Shown one piece after another: positions 24,783 to 32,683 of a stretch of 64,000 nt of DNA. The stretch spans positions 1-64,000 of IMG/VR virus record IMGVR_UViG_3300031867_000037; one strand, given 5' to 3'. Source of the DNA: a virus. Its lineage: Duplodnaviria; Caudoviricetes. The position numbers were made by a program, and so were the translations under genes. The notes below the pieces were generated by a model. It ran no database searches and was not told the origin of the DNA. It saw only the letters and a list, made by a program, of their open reading frames with translations. The stretch's first letter is position 1. Every line of letters starts with the position of its first letter.

Positions 24783-24992
24783 ATGGTAGAACGTGGTATT
24801 TATAAACACTTTAAAGGAAATGCTTACGGTGTTTTGCACGTAGCAACTCACACGGAGACTGGTGAACGGCTTGTCATTTATAGAAAGTTGTCAGATGTTG
24901 GAGCGTATTATGAAGGCGAAATTTGGGCACGACCTGAATCAATGTTTGAAGAACTTGTAGACGGTGTCCCAAGATTTGAAAGGATTATGTAG
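24783..24992 (+). CDS. DUF1653-like protein
   Basis: GIYKHFKGN.Y.V..VA.HTET.E.LVIY...WARP.SMF. Confidence 0.85.
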   Translation: MVERGIYKHFKGNAYGVLHVATHTETGERLVIYRKLSDVGAYYEGEIWARPESMFEELVDGVPRFERIM

Positions 24993-24994
24993 AA

Positions 24995-25165
24995 GTGGAA
25001 ATTAAAGAGCATGAATATTGTTTACGGTGTGGGAGAAAATTAAAAAATCCTATAGCTAGACAAAAGGGTTATGGTGTAGTGTGTGAAAAGAAATTACGAG
25101 TTGTGGCAAATACTAAACCGTTAATTTACACTAAGCCATCCGAGACATTGCAAGCAGAGAAATGA
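24995..25165 (+). CDS. small DUF6011-like zinc protein (56 aa, GTG start)
   Basis: CLRCGRKLKNPIARQKGYGVVC. Confidence 0.6.
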   Translation: MEIKEHEYCLRCGRKLKNPIARQKGYGVVCEKKLRVVANTKPLIYTKPSETLQAEK

Positions 25166-25190
25166 TTGACAGGTAAACTACAAAGTTCGC

Positions 25191-25224
25191 AAAAAAAATA
25201 AGCTACCCTTTCGGGTAGCTTATT
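25191..25224. terminator. terminator between convergent blocks
   Basis: AATAAGCTACCC-TTTC-GGGTAGCTTATT hairpin; A8 upstream gives a U-tract for the leftward transcript. Confidence 0.85.
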
Positions 25225-25240
25225 CGAATATTCGAATGGC

Positions 25241-25603
25241 TCACATACTAGCCTTCAATTTGCGAATTTCTTCACTACTGATTGGTTCCCATTCTGCTAT
25301 GTACATATAACCTGTTCCTTTTGTTTCTGTGTAGAATTCAAACTCCATAATGAAGTTGTAGCTATCGGAGCGATAGAACTGCCAGTTGTACGGTAATGTT
25401 CTGCAAATCTCTTTTGTTCCGTCTTCGTTGTTCCATTCATCATCACAATGAGTATCCGGATTGCCCCATGTTCTGAAATCTGATACCCAATCGTAAATAT
25501 CAATGCCATGTGATTCTGCTAAATGTCGGCAGTAAGTGAAAAATGCCCTAGGCTTTATGTTGTTATAGCTTGATTCTACTTCCTTGTGTATAAGTTTTCC
25601 CAT
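25241..25603 (-). CDS. early hypothetical protein
   Basis: 120 aa; last ORF of leftward block. Confidence 0.7.
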   Translation of the reverse strand: MGKLIHKEVESSYNNIKPRAFFTYCRHLAESHGIDIYDWVSDFRTWGNPDTHCDDEWNNEDGTKEICRTLPYNWQFYRSDSYNFIMEFEFYTETKGTGYMYIAEWEPISSEEIRKLKASM

Positions 25604-25604
25604 A

Positions 25605-25820
25605 TTAAAAAGCCTCCTTTGCTGTTTTAACTTCCTTGAATTTGCTGTCTAGTACACAATAACCGTCTTTGTAATCATCAGCCTTACCGCCAAACAGTTT
25701 AATAGCCGTATCTATCTCCCTTTGTACTCGCATGATGGCTCCGAGATATGTGTACCCATTAGTGGGCTGGTCACGAAATGGAATTCCTCTATAATCTGCC
25801 ACAAAATATCTTCCTTTCAT
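25605..25820 (-). CDS. early hypothetical protein
   Basis: AAGGAGG RBS. Confidence 0.7.
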   Translation of the reverse strand: MKGRYFVADYRGIPFRDQPTNGYTYLGAIMRVQREIDTAIKLFGGKADDYKDGYCVLDSKFKEVKTAKEAF

Positions 25821-25902
25821 TTAATTATCCTCCTTGAATTTTAATTTTCATTCATACGCCTGATAGTAAATTATCGGGCGCATTGTATGAGAACTAAAAT
25901 CC

Positions 25903-26187
25903 TTACTTGATAGGTTCTACCTGTTCGTCAGTGAACCAGAACGCCTTAACAAGAATGAAGTCACGGTATTTCTTCTTCGGTTCCTCGCCCTCTTCCTCGT
26001 CTGCGACTTCCTGTTTCTTTTTGCTCTTTTTCCAGATAGCAAACTCGGCTACGTGTTCTGCTCCTTTCTTGATTTTGTAACCTCTCATTTTCCAGCCAAC
26101 GAACGTGTTGATTACATTGGTTTCCTTGATGATGCCATCCTTAATAAGTAGAGCGGTGTTAGTTGCAATGATTTCAGCGTTTGTCAT
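25903..26187 (-). CDS. ArdC N-terminal-like ssDNA-binding protein
   Basis: TFVGWKMRGYKIKKG...IW...FWFTDEQVE. Confidence 0.6.
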   Translation of the reverse strand: MTNAEIIATNTALLIKDGIIKETNVINTFVGWKMRGYKIKKGAEHVAEFAIWKKSKKKQEVADEEEGEEPKKKYRDFILVKAFWFTDEQVEPIK

Positions 26188-26231
26188 GGTAAGTTCCTCC
26201 TTTGATTAAACATGTACTATACTGTATCTTA

Positions 26232-26261
26232 ATTATAACATCTGGCAAATAGTTCTGTCAA
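26232..26261 (-). promoter_or_regulatory. leftward promoter TTGACA-18-TATAAT with extended TG
   Basis: Consensus boxes upstream of 26187. Confidence 0.7.
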
Positions 26262-26270
26262 GATAGCGAT

Positions 26271-26576
26271 TTACAGATTCTTATTTAGGTTTTCGCATAG
26301 TCTTTCCAATCGTTTTCTGTCAAGGCGTTTGGCGTAAATAATCTCCTCAAGTTCGTGCCAAACATTAAGTAACATTTGATAATAACCGTCTGCGATTTTT
26401 TCATAATCATCGCCTTCTGGCACATCAAAAGTTAGGTCGTAAATAAGTTCATGGAAAGCGTTTGACATATCATATCCAAGATTGTCTTTTATTATATCCT
26501 CCATTTCTTCCTTAGGGTTGAACATGATAAATGACTGTTCAGGTATCTCTTTTTTAGGTATTGTAATTGTATGCAT
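26271..26576 (-). CDS. early hypothetical protein
   Basis: AAGGAGG RBS before ATG at 26576. Confidence 0.7.
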   Translation of the reverse strand: MHTITIPKKEIPEQSFIMFNPKEEMEDIIKDNLGYDMSNAFHELIYDLTFDVPEGDDYEKIADGYYQMLLNVWHELEEIIYAKRLDRKRLERLCENLNKNL

Positions 26577-26657
26577 AATTCCTCCTTGTTTGCAATTAAT
26601 GGTTTCAGTGTGATAGACAATCCGAAGATTGTCCACCACGGCTCAAATCATTAATTA

Positions 26658-26891
26658 TTATCTAACCCACATCTTCCACGGAAATGTTCTTCCAACTCTA
26701 TCCGTGTATGATTCATAGATTAAATAGGCAGTCAGATAAACTTTGTCAATGCCGAGTTCTCTCTTGATGTAATCAAAGCACTGGTCGAATGTGTTGCCTT
26801 CGAACATTACTTCACTATTACCAAATCGTTTTGTGTCCGCAATCACAACTATGTAGTTGTCAGCCTTAACTTCGATTCTGATATTCTCCAT
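26658..26891 (-). CDS. early hypothetical protein
   Basis: AAAGGAGG RBS before MENIRIEV. Confidence 0.65.
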   Translation of the reverse strand: MENIRIEVKADNYIVVIADTKRFGNSEVMFEGNTFDQCFDYIKRELGIDKVYLTAYLIYESYTDRVGRTFPWKMWVR

Positions 26892-26910
26892 CTTCACGTT
26901 ACGTCCTCCT

Positions 26911-27279
26911 TTATACATCCATCTGTATGCTATGATACACAACCCAGTAACCGTTGACTTTGAATATGCTGTACCACGATGTGAATAACTGACCAGTGCA
27001 GTCATATCCTTTATCAATATATCCGATATAGTGGTATTCCTTGAAGAACTCCTTGAATTCTTCGAGTGTTTCACCGCTGTCTTTGAAGCGGAGCTTTTCT
27101 ACACAGCCTTCATTGTCAAGTCGTACCACTGTTTTGTATTCCTGTTCAATCAACCACAGTTTGTATTCGTGGCGAATTTCACGTTTCCGTTTATTCAGAA
27201 CTTCTTTGAAATACGGATGCGGTAATTCTTTGTTAAGCTGTTCCAGTCTCAATAAATCTCTCCAGTCTGCTCTACTCAT
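26911..27279 (-). CDS. early hypothetical protein
   Basis: AAGGAGG RBS; motif YDCTGQLFT. Confidence 0.7.
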   Translation of the reverse strand: MSRADWRDLLRLEQLNKELPHPYFKEVLNKRKREIRHEYKLWLIEQEYKTVVRLDNEGCVEKLRFKDSGETLEEFKEFFKEYHYIGYIDKGYDCTGQLFTSWYSIFKVNGYWVVYHSIQMDV

Positions 27280-27410
27280 TTTAAATCCTCCTTATTGATT
27301 ACTCCGTAGTAGTCTTGATACTCGTCGTACTCGACCAGAACCTTAGTCTCTATCTCAGCCACGATTGTTCCCCAACCGTAGTTCTCGTCATAGTATCTTT
27401 TACCAAGCAT
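27276..27410 (-). CDS. small acidic/Tyr-rich protein (44 aa, MLGKRYYDENYGWG...)
   Basis: Hand-translated; overlaps both neighbours. Confidence 0.55.
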   Translation of the reverse strand: MLGKRYYDENYGWGTIVAEIETKVLVEYDEYQDYYGVINKEDLK

Positions 27411-27702
27411 ACTGTTTTCTCCTTGTCTCAGTTTCTATCCAGCACAGTTCGTCCTCTAACCAGTCGGTTATCTGCTGTTCTACTGTCCTTTCAAACACAT
27501 CGTCCTCGTCATTCCAGAATCTGTATGTACCGAGAAGTTTGTCATTGAACGGTCCCGACTGTTTGGAGTATCTGAACAAGGAGAATTCAAAAAGTATCTC
27601 GTGCTCATTCCAGCGCCAATCATCTGTATAATAATTGGTACCTTCCAGAATCTTGTCGATTTCTTTTCTAGTGAAATCCATCGCCTCATATACGTCCATC
27701 AT
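27400..27702 (-). CDS. early acidic hypothetical protein
   Basis: GGAGG RBS; D/E/W-rich. Confidence 0.7.
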   Translation of the reverse strand: MMDVYEAMDFTRKEIDKILEGTNYYTDDWRWNEHEILFEFSLFRYSKQSGPFNDKLLGTYRFWNDEDDVFERTVEQQITDWLEDELCWIETETRRKQYAW

Positions 27703-27830
27703 TTGTTTGCCTCCATATCGTGATAATACTCGTCCTCAAGTTCATCATAGGCATCTGGGTCAACTTCGTACATATCTGTCGGGTCGCCCTCTATTCCGTA
27801 CTTTTCGAGTAACCATTCTCTGAATGTCAT
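27699..27830 (-). CDS. small very acidic protein (43 aa, MTFREWLLEKYG...)
   Basis: AAAGGAGG RBS; hand-translated. Confidence 0.6.
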   Translation of the reverse strand: MTFREWLLEKYGIEGDPTDMYEVDPDAYDELEDEYYHDMEANK

Positions 27831-27844
27831 TGTTTTATCCTCCT

Positions 27845-28090
27845 TTACATAAGTTCTTTGATTTCTCGCCTTACCATCCTTGTAAATTCACAGATAGATT
27901 CATAGTCCAGTTCCGAAAGATTGCAGTAGTCATATAAACAATCCACATATCCTTCGAGCAAATCTGCCAATCGTAATAGTGATTCGCAGTTGGACTTGAG
28001 GAAGTCATATTCACTACCAACATATATCATATTGGCGATGATGTTGAATTTTGATTTGTAGCCTTCGTAGCCTTTAAATTTTGTGTACAT
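27845..28090 (-). CDS. early hypothetical protein
   Basis: AAGGAGG RBS before MYTKFKGY. Confidence 0.7.
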   Translation of the reverse strand: MYTKFKGYEGYKSKFNIIANMIYVGSEYDFLKSNCESLLRLADLLEGYVDCLYDYCNLSELDYESICEFTRMVRREIKELM

Positions 28091-28178
28091 CGTGTCCTCC
28101 TTAACTATGTAGATGATGGTTAATTGTTTCACTGATGCAGGCGAAACATGTTCGCCCGCACTATCAAACAATCAATAA

Positions 28179-28403
28179 TCACATCAGGTTGTTGTAGTTC
28201 TCCTTTAAGAACTTTACTGCTTGAATCCAGCTATCAAACGGTTGAACTGTTTCCCAAAAGCCTTCGCCGTAAATAATATTCGCATCTGTTACATACCACG
28301 GTTCATGCTTTAATATGGAATATTTTCCATTTACTGCACGATGCGGTACAAAGAAATTACCGAGTTCAAATTCTAAATCACCAAACACGTTGCGGTATCC
28401 CAT
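28179..28403 (-). CDS. early hypothetical protein
   Basis: AAGGAGA RBS. Confidence 0.65.
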   Translation of the reverse strand: MGYRNVFGDLEFELGNFFVPHRAVNGKYSILKHEPWYVTDANIIYGEGFWETVQPFDSWIQAVKFLKENYNNLM

Positions 28404-28404
28404 G

Positions 28405-28722
28405 TTAAATTCTCCTTATCTCTCCAAACTGTAACCACCAACTGTAATCAAGTCCTTTTCTGTCGAACCAGTCTTCTTGTTCTGCCAGTGATGTATATAT
28501 CCAACTTTGTGATACATCTTCCCAAATGTCGTCATACATTACTTCTATCCTAACGGTTACAAATTCGTTGTACCAAAATTTTGCTTCGTAGTGGCGGTAA
28601 ATGCATTTTGCTTCTGCCCTGGTGAGCCAATCTTTAATCACGGTATCACGAGGCTGAGCGCCATATCCAAATGCTCCATAATCATCATACGTTTCAACTA
28701 CTCTCCATCTACTCATTAGCAA
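28405..28722 (-). CDS. early hypothetical protein
   Basis: Coupled ORF; W/Y-rich. Confidence 0.65.
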   Translation of the reverse strand: MLMSRWRVVETYDDYGAFGYGAQPRDTVIKDWLTRAEAKCIYRHYEAKFWYNEFVTVRIEVMYDDIWEDVSQSWIYTSLAEQEDWFDRKGLDYSWWLQFGEIRRI

Positions 28723-28961
28723 AGTCCTCCATCCTTATATGCTCTGGACATCAGCTTGAGGAATAAATCCTGCAGGTCGCCGTAGTTGTCATTGTCGATG
28801 TAGTAGTCCACGTTCGGGTCGTCCGGCTCAAAGTCACCGTCAGCAACTCCACACATCAGCCACAGGTCGCAGTAGTGTTCATTGTTGATATGGCGTACAA
28901 TGAATTCCATCGCTTTTACCATAAGTGTTCGTTCCTGGTCTTTTGTAAGTCTTTTTGCCAT
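28716..28961 (-). CDS. early acidic hypothetical protein
   Basis: AGAGGA RBS. Confidence 0.65.
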   Translation of the reverse strand: MAKRLTKDQERTLMVKAMEFIVRHINNEHYCDLWLMCGVADGDFEPDDPNVDYYIDNDNYGDLQDLFLKLMSRAYKDGGLC

Positions 28962-29058
28962 TTGTTTGTCCTCTTTGATTTGACTATGTAGATTACCTTT
29001 GTAATCTCACCGAAGTGGGCGAAACAGGTTCGCTCACGACGGTCAAGCTACAATGGAA

Positions 29059-29421
29059 TTAGTAGATTTCAATTACCAGTTTGTCGAATGCCTGAATCAG
29101 AGCGGTTGTAATGTCTTTCAGGTATTTGCAGTTCTTTTTGTCAAGTCGGATTTTGGAAAGTCTGCGGTATTCCTTATCGAGTAAGTTCTCCGTGTATCCT
29201 CCTTTCTTATTAAGTCCCAAACAATTTTTCATGTGGTTTTTGTCAATCCAGAAATCAGACATTTGCCACATATCGGTGTCGTTCTCCTTGTATTCATAGA
29301 GGAATATTAGACAAGCGTTGCCGTTATACAAGCTCACAGTGTATTCACGGTTATCTCCGTTGTAGGTATCAACAAAAGTTGCTTCTCCAACCTTCTTGTT
29401 CCAGTCCCAGTGAAGTGCCAT
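29059..29421 (-). CDS. early hypothetical protein
   Basis: AAAGGAGG RBS. Confidence 0.7.
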   Translation of the reverse strand: MALHWDWNKKVGEATFVDTYNGDNREYTVSLYNGNACLIFLYEYKENDTDMWQMSDFWIDKNHMKNCLGLNKKGGYTENLLDKEYRRLSKIRLDKKNCKYLKDITTALIQAFDKLVIEIY

Positions 29422-29435
29422 TTACTTATCCTCCT

Positions 29436-29681
29436 TTAAAAGAATGTTTCCATTTCATCCAAGTAAAATCTTCTGCCGCATTTTCTGATATAATCTCTTC
29501 CAGATACGGTGTAATAGATTTTATTACGGCTTATTTTTATTCTGCCGTCACCGTAGTTAAAACATGTTACCAGATAATCCTCAATGCCGTAAAGTACATC
29601 GAGAATTTCTAAGCCTCCCCAGTTGCATAGGCAAACATAGGCGATTGGTGGCTTGTCTTTGTACTGCTCCTTGAGTGTCAT
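29436..29681 (-). CDS. early hypothetical protein
   Basis: AAAGGAGG RBS within 42-bp repeated leader. Confidence 0.7.
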   Translation of the reverse strand: MTLKEQYKDKPPIAYVCLCNWGGLEILDVLYGIEDYLVTCFNYGDGRIKISRNKIYYTVSGRDYIRKCGRRFYLDEMETFF

Positions 29682-29686
29682 ATTTT

Positions 29687-29728
29687 GTCCTCCTTTAACT
29701 TTGTAGATGATGTGTGGTCAATCCCACA
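29687..29728. repeat. 42-bp exact repeat, copy 1 (copy 2 at 31165-31206)
   Basis: GTCCTCCTTTAACTTTGTAGATGATGTGTGGTCAATCCCACA at both sites. Confidence 0.9.
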
Positions 29729-29775
29729 AGACTACAGACAATCCGTAGATTGTCTGCAGGTTTGCGGTATTGAAC

Positions 29776-30048
29776 TTATCCGATTACGAAATCGGTATCA
29801 TATGTCTTGGAAATGTGATACAAATGTTCTTTGCCGGATACATCCTTGTAGCGGAAGGCGTATGTGAACTTCCAGCCGCTTGCTGTACAAATTCTGCCGT
29901 CGTAGCCGTTAAGGTCCGACTGTTTTACAAGGCAGTTTCTATACGCTTCTTCCTTCTTGTCTGACCACTTGCCATATACCTGGCGCAGGTCGTGAATGTC
30001 TTTTGCTCGATTGTAGTTGTCCAATAACTGTTCCTGTTTCTTAGTCAT
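29776..30048 (-). CDS. early hypothetical protein
   Basis: GGAGGA RBS. Confidence 0.7.
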   Translation of the reverse strand: MTKKQEQLLDNYNRAKDIHDLRQVYGKWSDKKEEAYRNCLVKQSDLNGYDGRICTASGWKFTYAFRYKDVSGKEHLYHISKTYDTDFVIG

Positions 30049-30050
30049 GT

Positions 30051-30338
30051 TTATTCCTCCTCTTCCTCAATATCAAGGTTAATGACTACTTCTTCCTCAA
30101 TCTCACCGACAATACTATCGGTAACGGCGTCAACCGCATCTGTACCTCCGTCAAGAACATCCTCAAATACTGACGTTCTGGCGATAATGAATATTGCCGC
30201 TGTCTGAATGTGTCTGTCGGTCGGCTTATTTCTCTGTACAAAATTCAGCAGGGAAGAATATGCCTTGTTGCTACCAGCATCAAAGTAATTATGCCGTATA
30301 CAAAAGTTTCTCATGCGGTCCATGTTCCAGTATCTCAT
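30051..30338 (-). CDS. early hypothetical protein
   Basis: AAGGAGG RBS before MRYWNMDRM. Confidence 0.7.
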   Translation of the reverse strand: MRYWNMDRMRNFCIRHNYFDAGSNKAYSSLLNFVQRNKPTDRHIQTAAIFIIARTSVFEDVLDGGTDAVDAVTDSIVGEIEEEVVINLDIEEEEE

Positions 30339-30427
30339 TTTGTCCTCCTTATTTTTATTTGCCACATCTTCGTACTTTTCACGTTAGGCGCTCCATTGAT
30401 ACAACGGCGCCCACGTTACTACTTCCG

Positions 30428-30751
30428 TTAGTTTGTGGACTTTGTAGATATACAAACTCCCAACCTGTTTTCCATTTCGTGGACTAGCTGAATGGCTTCA
30501 CTGCCTTCACAGTTTCTCCACTCGTCAAGGAGTCCTGCATAGTACATTAACTCCTCGACCTCTTCCAGCTTGCGCCCCCAATGCGGAGCAGTTAGAATTT
30601 GTGCTTCGAGCTGGAATATCCGATATGACTGCCACTCGTCAATATCAGGACGTTCCTCACGCTCGATTTTGTCCTGCTTCCAATTACAGTACTTATCCCA
30701 GAGACAACAATAGTCTCCGAGATACAATAAATCCAGTAGCTTATCGAACAC
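30428..30751 (-). CDS. early hypothetical protein (probable GTG start)
   Basis: ORF coupled to 30741..30983; start uncertain. Confidence 0.55.
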   Translation of the reverse strand: MFDKLLDLLYLGDYCCLWDKYCNWKQDKIEREERPDIDEWQSYRIFQLEAQILTAPHWGRKLEEVEELMYYAGLLDEWRNCEGSEAIQLVHEMENRLGVCISTKSTN

Positions 30752-30983
30752 CTTGAACCTCTTCTTCCCAGAACTTGTTACGCAATTCTGTGGCATAGTT
30801 CCAAGTTGCGGCATGCACCTCAGTGGAGCAAATTTTCATAGCTACTGCCGTAACGCCAAATAACTGATGGCTAAATTCAAAGTAACAATCGGTAACATTT
30901 GCATCAAGGTTACGATAACGAGTTGCCTGCTCCTTAGCCTCTGAATATAGGTAATCCATAGCTTCCTTAAATTTATTCAGCAT
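30741..30983 (-). CDS. early hypothetical protein
   Basis: AAGGAGG RBS. Confidence 0.7.
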   Translation of the reverse strand: MLNKFKEAMDYLYSEAKEQATRYRNLDANVTDCYFEFSHQLFGVTAVAMKICSTEVHAATWNYATELRNKFWEEEVQGVR

Positions 30984-30993
30984 GGTGTCCTCC

Positions 30994-31158
30994 TTACTTT
31001 ATAACTACCACTGTGATTTGCCTGTCAAATATGAACTCGGCAATTTCCTTTAGTTCCTTCACAGCTACATCCAACGGTTTGTCCGTGGGTAACGGGCAAG
31101 TTCTAATCTGCACCAACTGTGCCGGTTTACCAAACTCGCCGTACAATTTTGCCTTCAT
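30994..31158 (-). CDS. small hypothetical protein (54 aa, MKAKLYGEFG...)
   Basis: RBS inside 42-bp repeat copy 2; hand-translated. Confidence 0.65.
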   Translation of the reverse strand: MKAKLYGEFGKPAQLVQIRTCPLPTDKPLDVAVKELKEIAEFIFDRQITVVVIK

Positions 31159-31164
31159 AGCAAC

Positions 31165-31206
31165 GTCCTCCTTTAACTTTGTAGATGATGTGTGGTCAAT
31201 CCCACA
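31165..31206. repeat. 42-bp exact repeat, copy 2
   Basis: Identical to 29687-29728. Confidence 0.9.
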
Positions 31207-31256
31207 GTGCTACGGACAATCGTTTGTGGATTGTCCGCAACGGCTGTGCCATTGAC

Positions 31257-31670
31257 TTATTCCAGCATATCCTTATAGTAGTTTTCCCACAGGTCCTGTA
31301 CTCGTAATTCATAGTTGGACCCGTGTGAAGGATATCCTTCGTCAATACACTCCTGTGCTATTCTCTCGCAGGCTTCTTTAAACTCTTCCAGTAACTGGTC
31401 CTGTTTTGTCCACCCGTCTGGGAACCATTTAATTGTATTTACATCTAACCATCCGTGCTCACATCTGGTAGCGGTCATGTGCGTCCACAATATCTGCGGT
31501 ACAACAAAGTCCGCAATTTCAATAATTCGGTAGATGTGAAGTCCGGCGGGAATATGAACTGTAATCCATCCATCATCCTCATTGAATACCTTCACATTAA
31601 AATCCGGTGTAAATACTGTGCCTTCTTTTTTAACGAAACCCTCATATGCATGTCTTGCCATCAGAATCAT
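31257..31670 (-). CDS. early hypothetical protein
   Basis: C-terminal ECIDEGYPSHGSNYELR motif. Confidence 0.7.
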   Translation of the reverse strand: MILMARHAYEGFVKKEGTVFTPDFNVKVFNEDDGWITVHIPAGLHIYRIIEIADFVVPQILWTHMTATRCEHGWLDVNTIKWFPDGWTKQDQLLEEFKEACERIAQECIDEGYPSHGSNYELRVQDLWENYYKDMLE

Positions 31671-31855
31671 TTCCTCACCGCCTTTACATTAAACATCCTC
31701 CACGTACGGCATGCCGGATAATGAATCATGTCTGCCGCAATACTTACGACCATGTGTGGAACATTGGCATACACTTCTCCAGTACACTGGGAAATGTACT
31801 CAAACTTGCCTCCTTCAAACTTCCCAAGGAAGTTGGTGATACGATACAGTTTCAT
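31667..31855 (-). CDS. early hypothetical protein
   Basis: AAAGGAGG RBS. Confidence 0.65.
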   Translation of the reverse strand: MKLYRITNFLGKFEGGKFEYISQCTGEVYANVPHMVVSIAADMIHYPACRTWRMFNVKAVRK

Positions 31856-31878
31856 ATGTTTTCCTCCTTTCCAATTAA

Positions 31879-31963
31879 TTGTCAGACAATTCAGACTTGT
31901 CAGACAATTCAGACTTGTCAGACAATTCAGACTTGTCAGACAATTCAGACTTGTCAGACAATT
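31879..31963. repeat. 18-bp tandem repeat x4.7 (TTGTCAGACAATTCAGAC)
   Basis: Exact copies; each has palindrome TTGTC-A-GACAA. Confidence 0.95.
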
Positions 31964-32046
31964 TAATCATGGCTCCACAGCTGGTCGAGAAAATGGTCCT
32001 CGACGGTCAGCAATAGATACCCCAGGGTAAATATCACTATAAGCAT
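31963..32046 (-). CDS. 27-aa hydrophobic peptide (MLIVIFTLGYLLLTVEDHFLDQLWSHD)
   Basis: Strong AAAGGAGGA RBS upstream. Confidence 0.5.
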   Translation of the reverse strand: MLIVIFTLGYLLLTVEDHFLDQLWSHD

Positions 32047-32128
32047 ACGGTCCTCCTTTGTGCTTGGTCAATAGATACACTACAACGGGCGAAACATGTT
32101 CGCCCGCTGTCTGTGAAGCTATTGGCGA

Positions 32129-32683
32129 TTATTTAGCCAGCTTGTTAGCGTTAGCAAGGATAGCGGCCAGGTTTTCTCTGGAAGACTTCACTCTGATGCC
32201 GTATCCCTTGACCTCATACTCAAGTCCTTCTACCAGCTCCTCACGGTTAGTTGTAATGCACCGGTTGCTATATCTGAATAAGCGGGCAGTTCCACGCTTT
32301 ACATGTACAGCGTCCTTGCTGCCGCGTTCCAGTCTGAGGTCAGCGGTGAGCGGGATGTCAGCCACCAGCTCCTCGAATGTCTTCTGGTGCTTGCGCGGCT
32401 TGCGTTCCTTCTTGTTAGTCTTGTCTGCTGTCTGCTCCTCAGTCTTGTCTGCTGTCTGCTCCTCAGTCTTGTCTGCTGTCTGCTCCTCAGTCTTGTCTGC
32501 TGTCTGCTCCTCAGTCTTGTCTGCTGTCTGCTCCTCAGTCTTGTCTGCTGTCTGCTCCTCAGTCTTGTCTGCGGCGTTAATTGCGTCAACAAGTTGGCGC
32601 TTAGTAAGTCCCTCAGTTGCAATGCCGAGTTCACGTGCCATAGTCTCAAGTGTCTCTTTGTTCATGTTTCTAGTTGCCTTCAT
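32129..32683 (-). CDS. Rho-N/HeH-like domain protein with ADKTEEQT repeats
   Basis: LETMARELGIATEGLTKRQLVDAI; 24-bp tandem repeat in frame; AAAGGAGG RBS. Confidence 0.7.
   Translation of the reverse strand: MKATRNMNKETLETMARELGIATEGLTKRQLVDAINAADKTEEQTADKTEEQTADKTEEQTADKTEEQTADKTEEQTADKTEEQTADKTNKKERKPRKHQKTFEELVADIPLTADLRLERGSKDAVHVKRGTARLFRYSNRCITTNREELVEGLEYEVKGYGIRVKSSRENLAAILANANKLAK
32416..32571. repeat. 24-bp coding tandem repeat (about 6.5 copies)
   Basis: AGTCTTGTCTGCTGTCTGCTCCTC repeated. Confidence 0.9.

Noticed and set aside
28131-28160. Hammerhead ribozyme (CTGATG...GAAAC)
   Set aside because: A9 is missing, stem II is too short, it is antisense to the genes, and other copies do not keep the core.
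31879-31963. Possible CRISPR or mini-array
   Set aside because: Units are contiguous identical 18-mers with no unique spacers.
32416-32571. Possible CRISPR array
   Set aside because: 24-bp in-frame coding repeat (ADKTEEQT) with no spacers.
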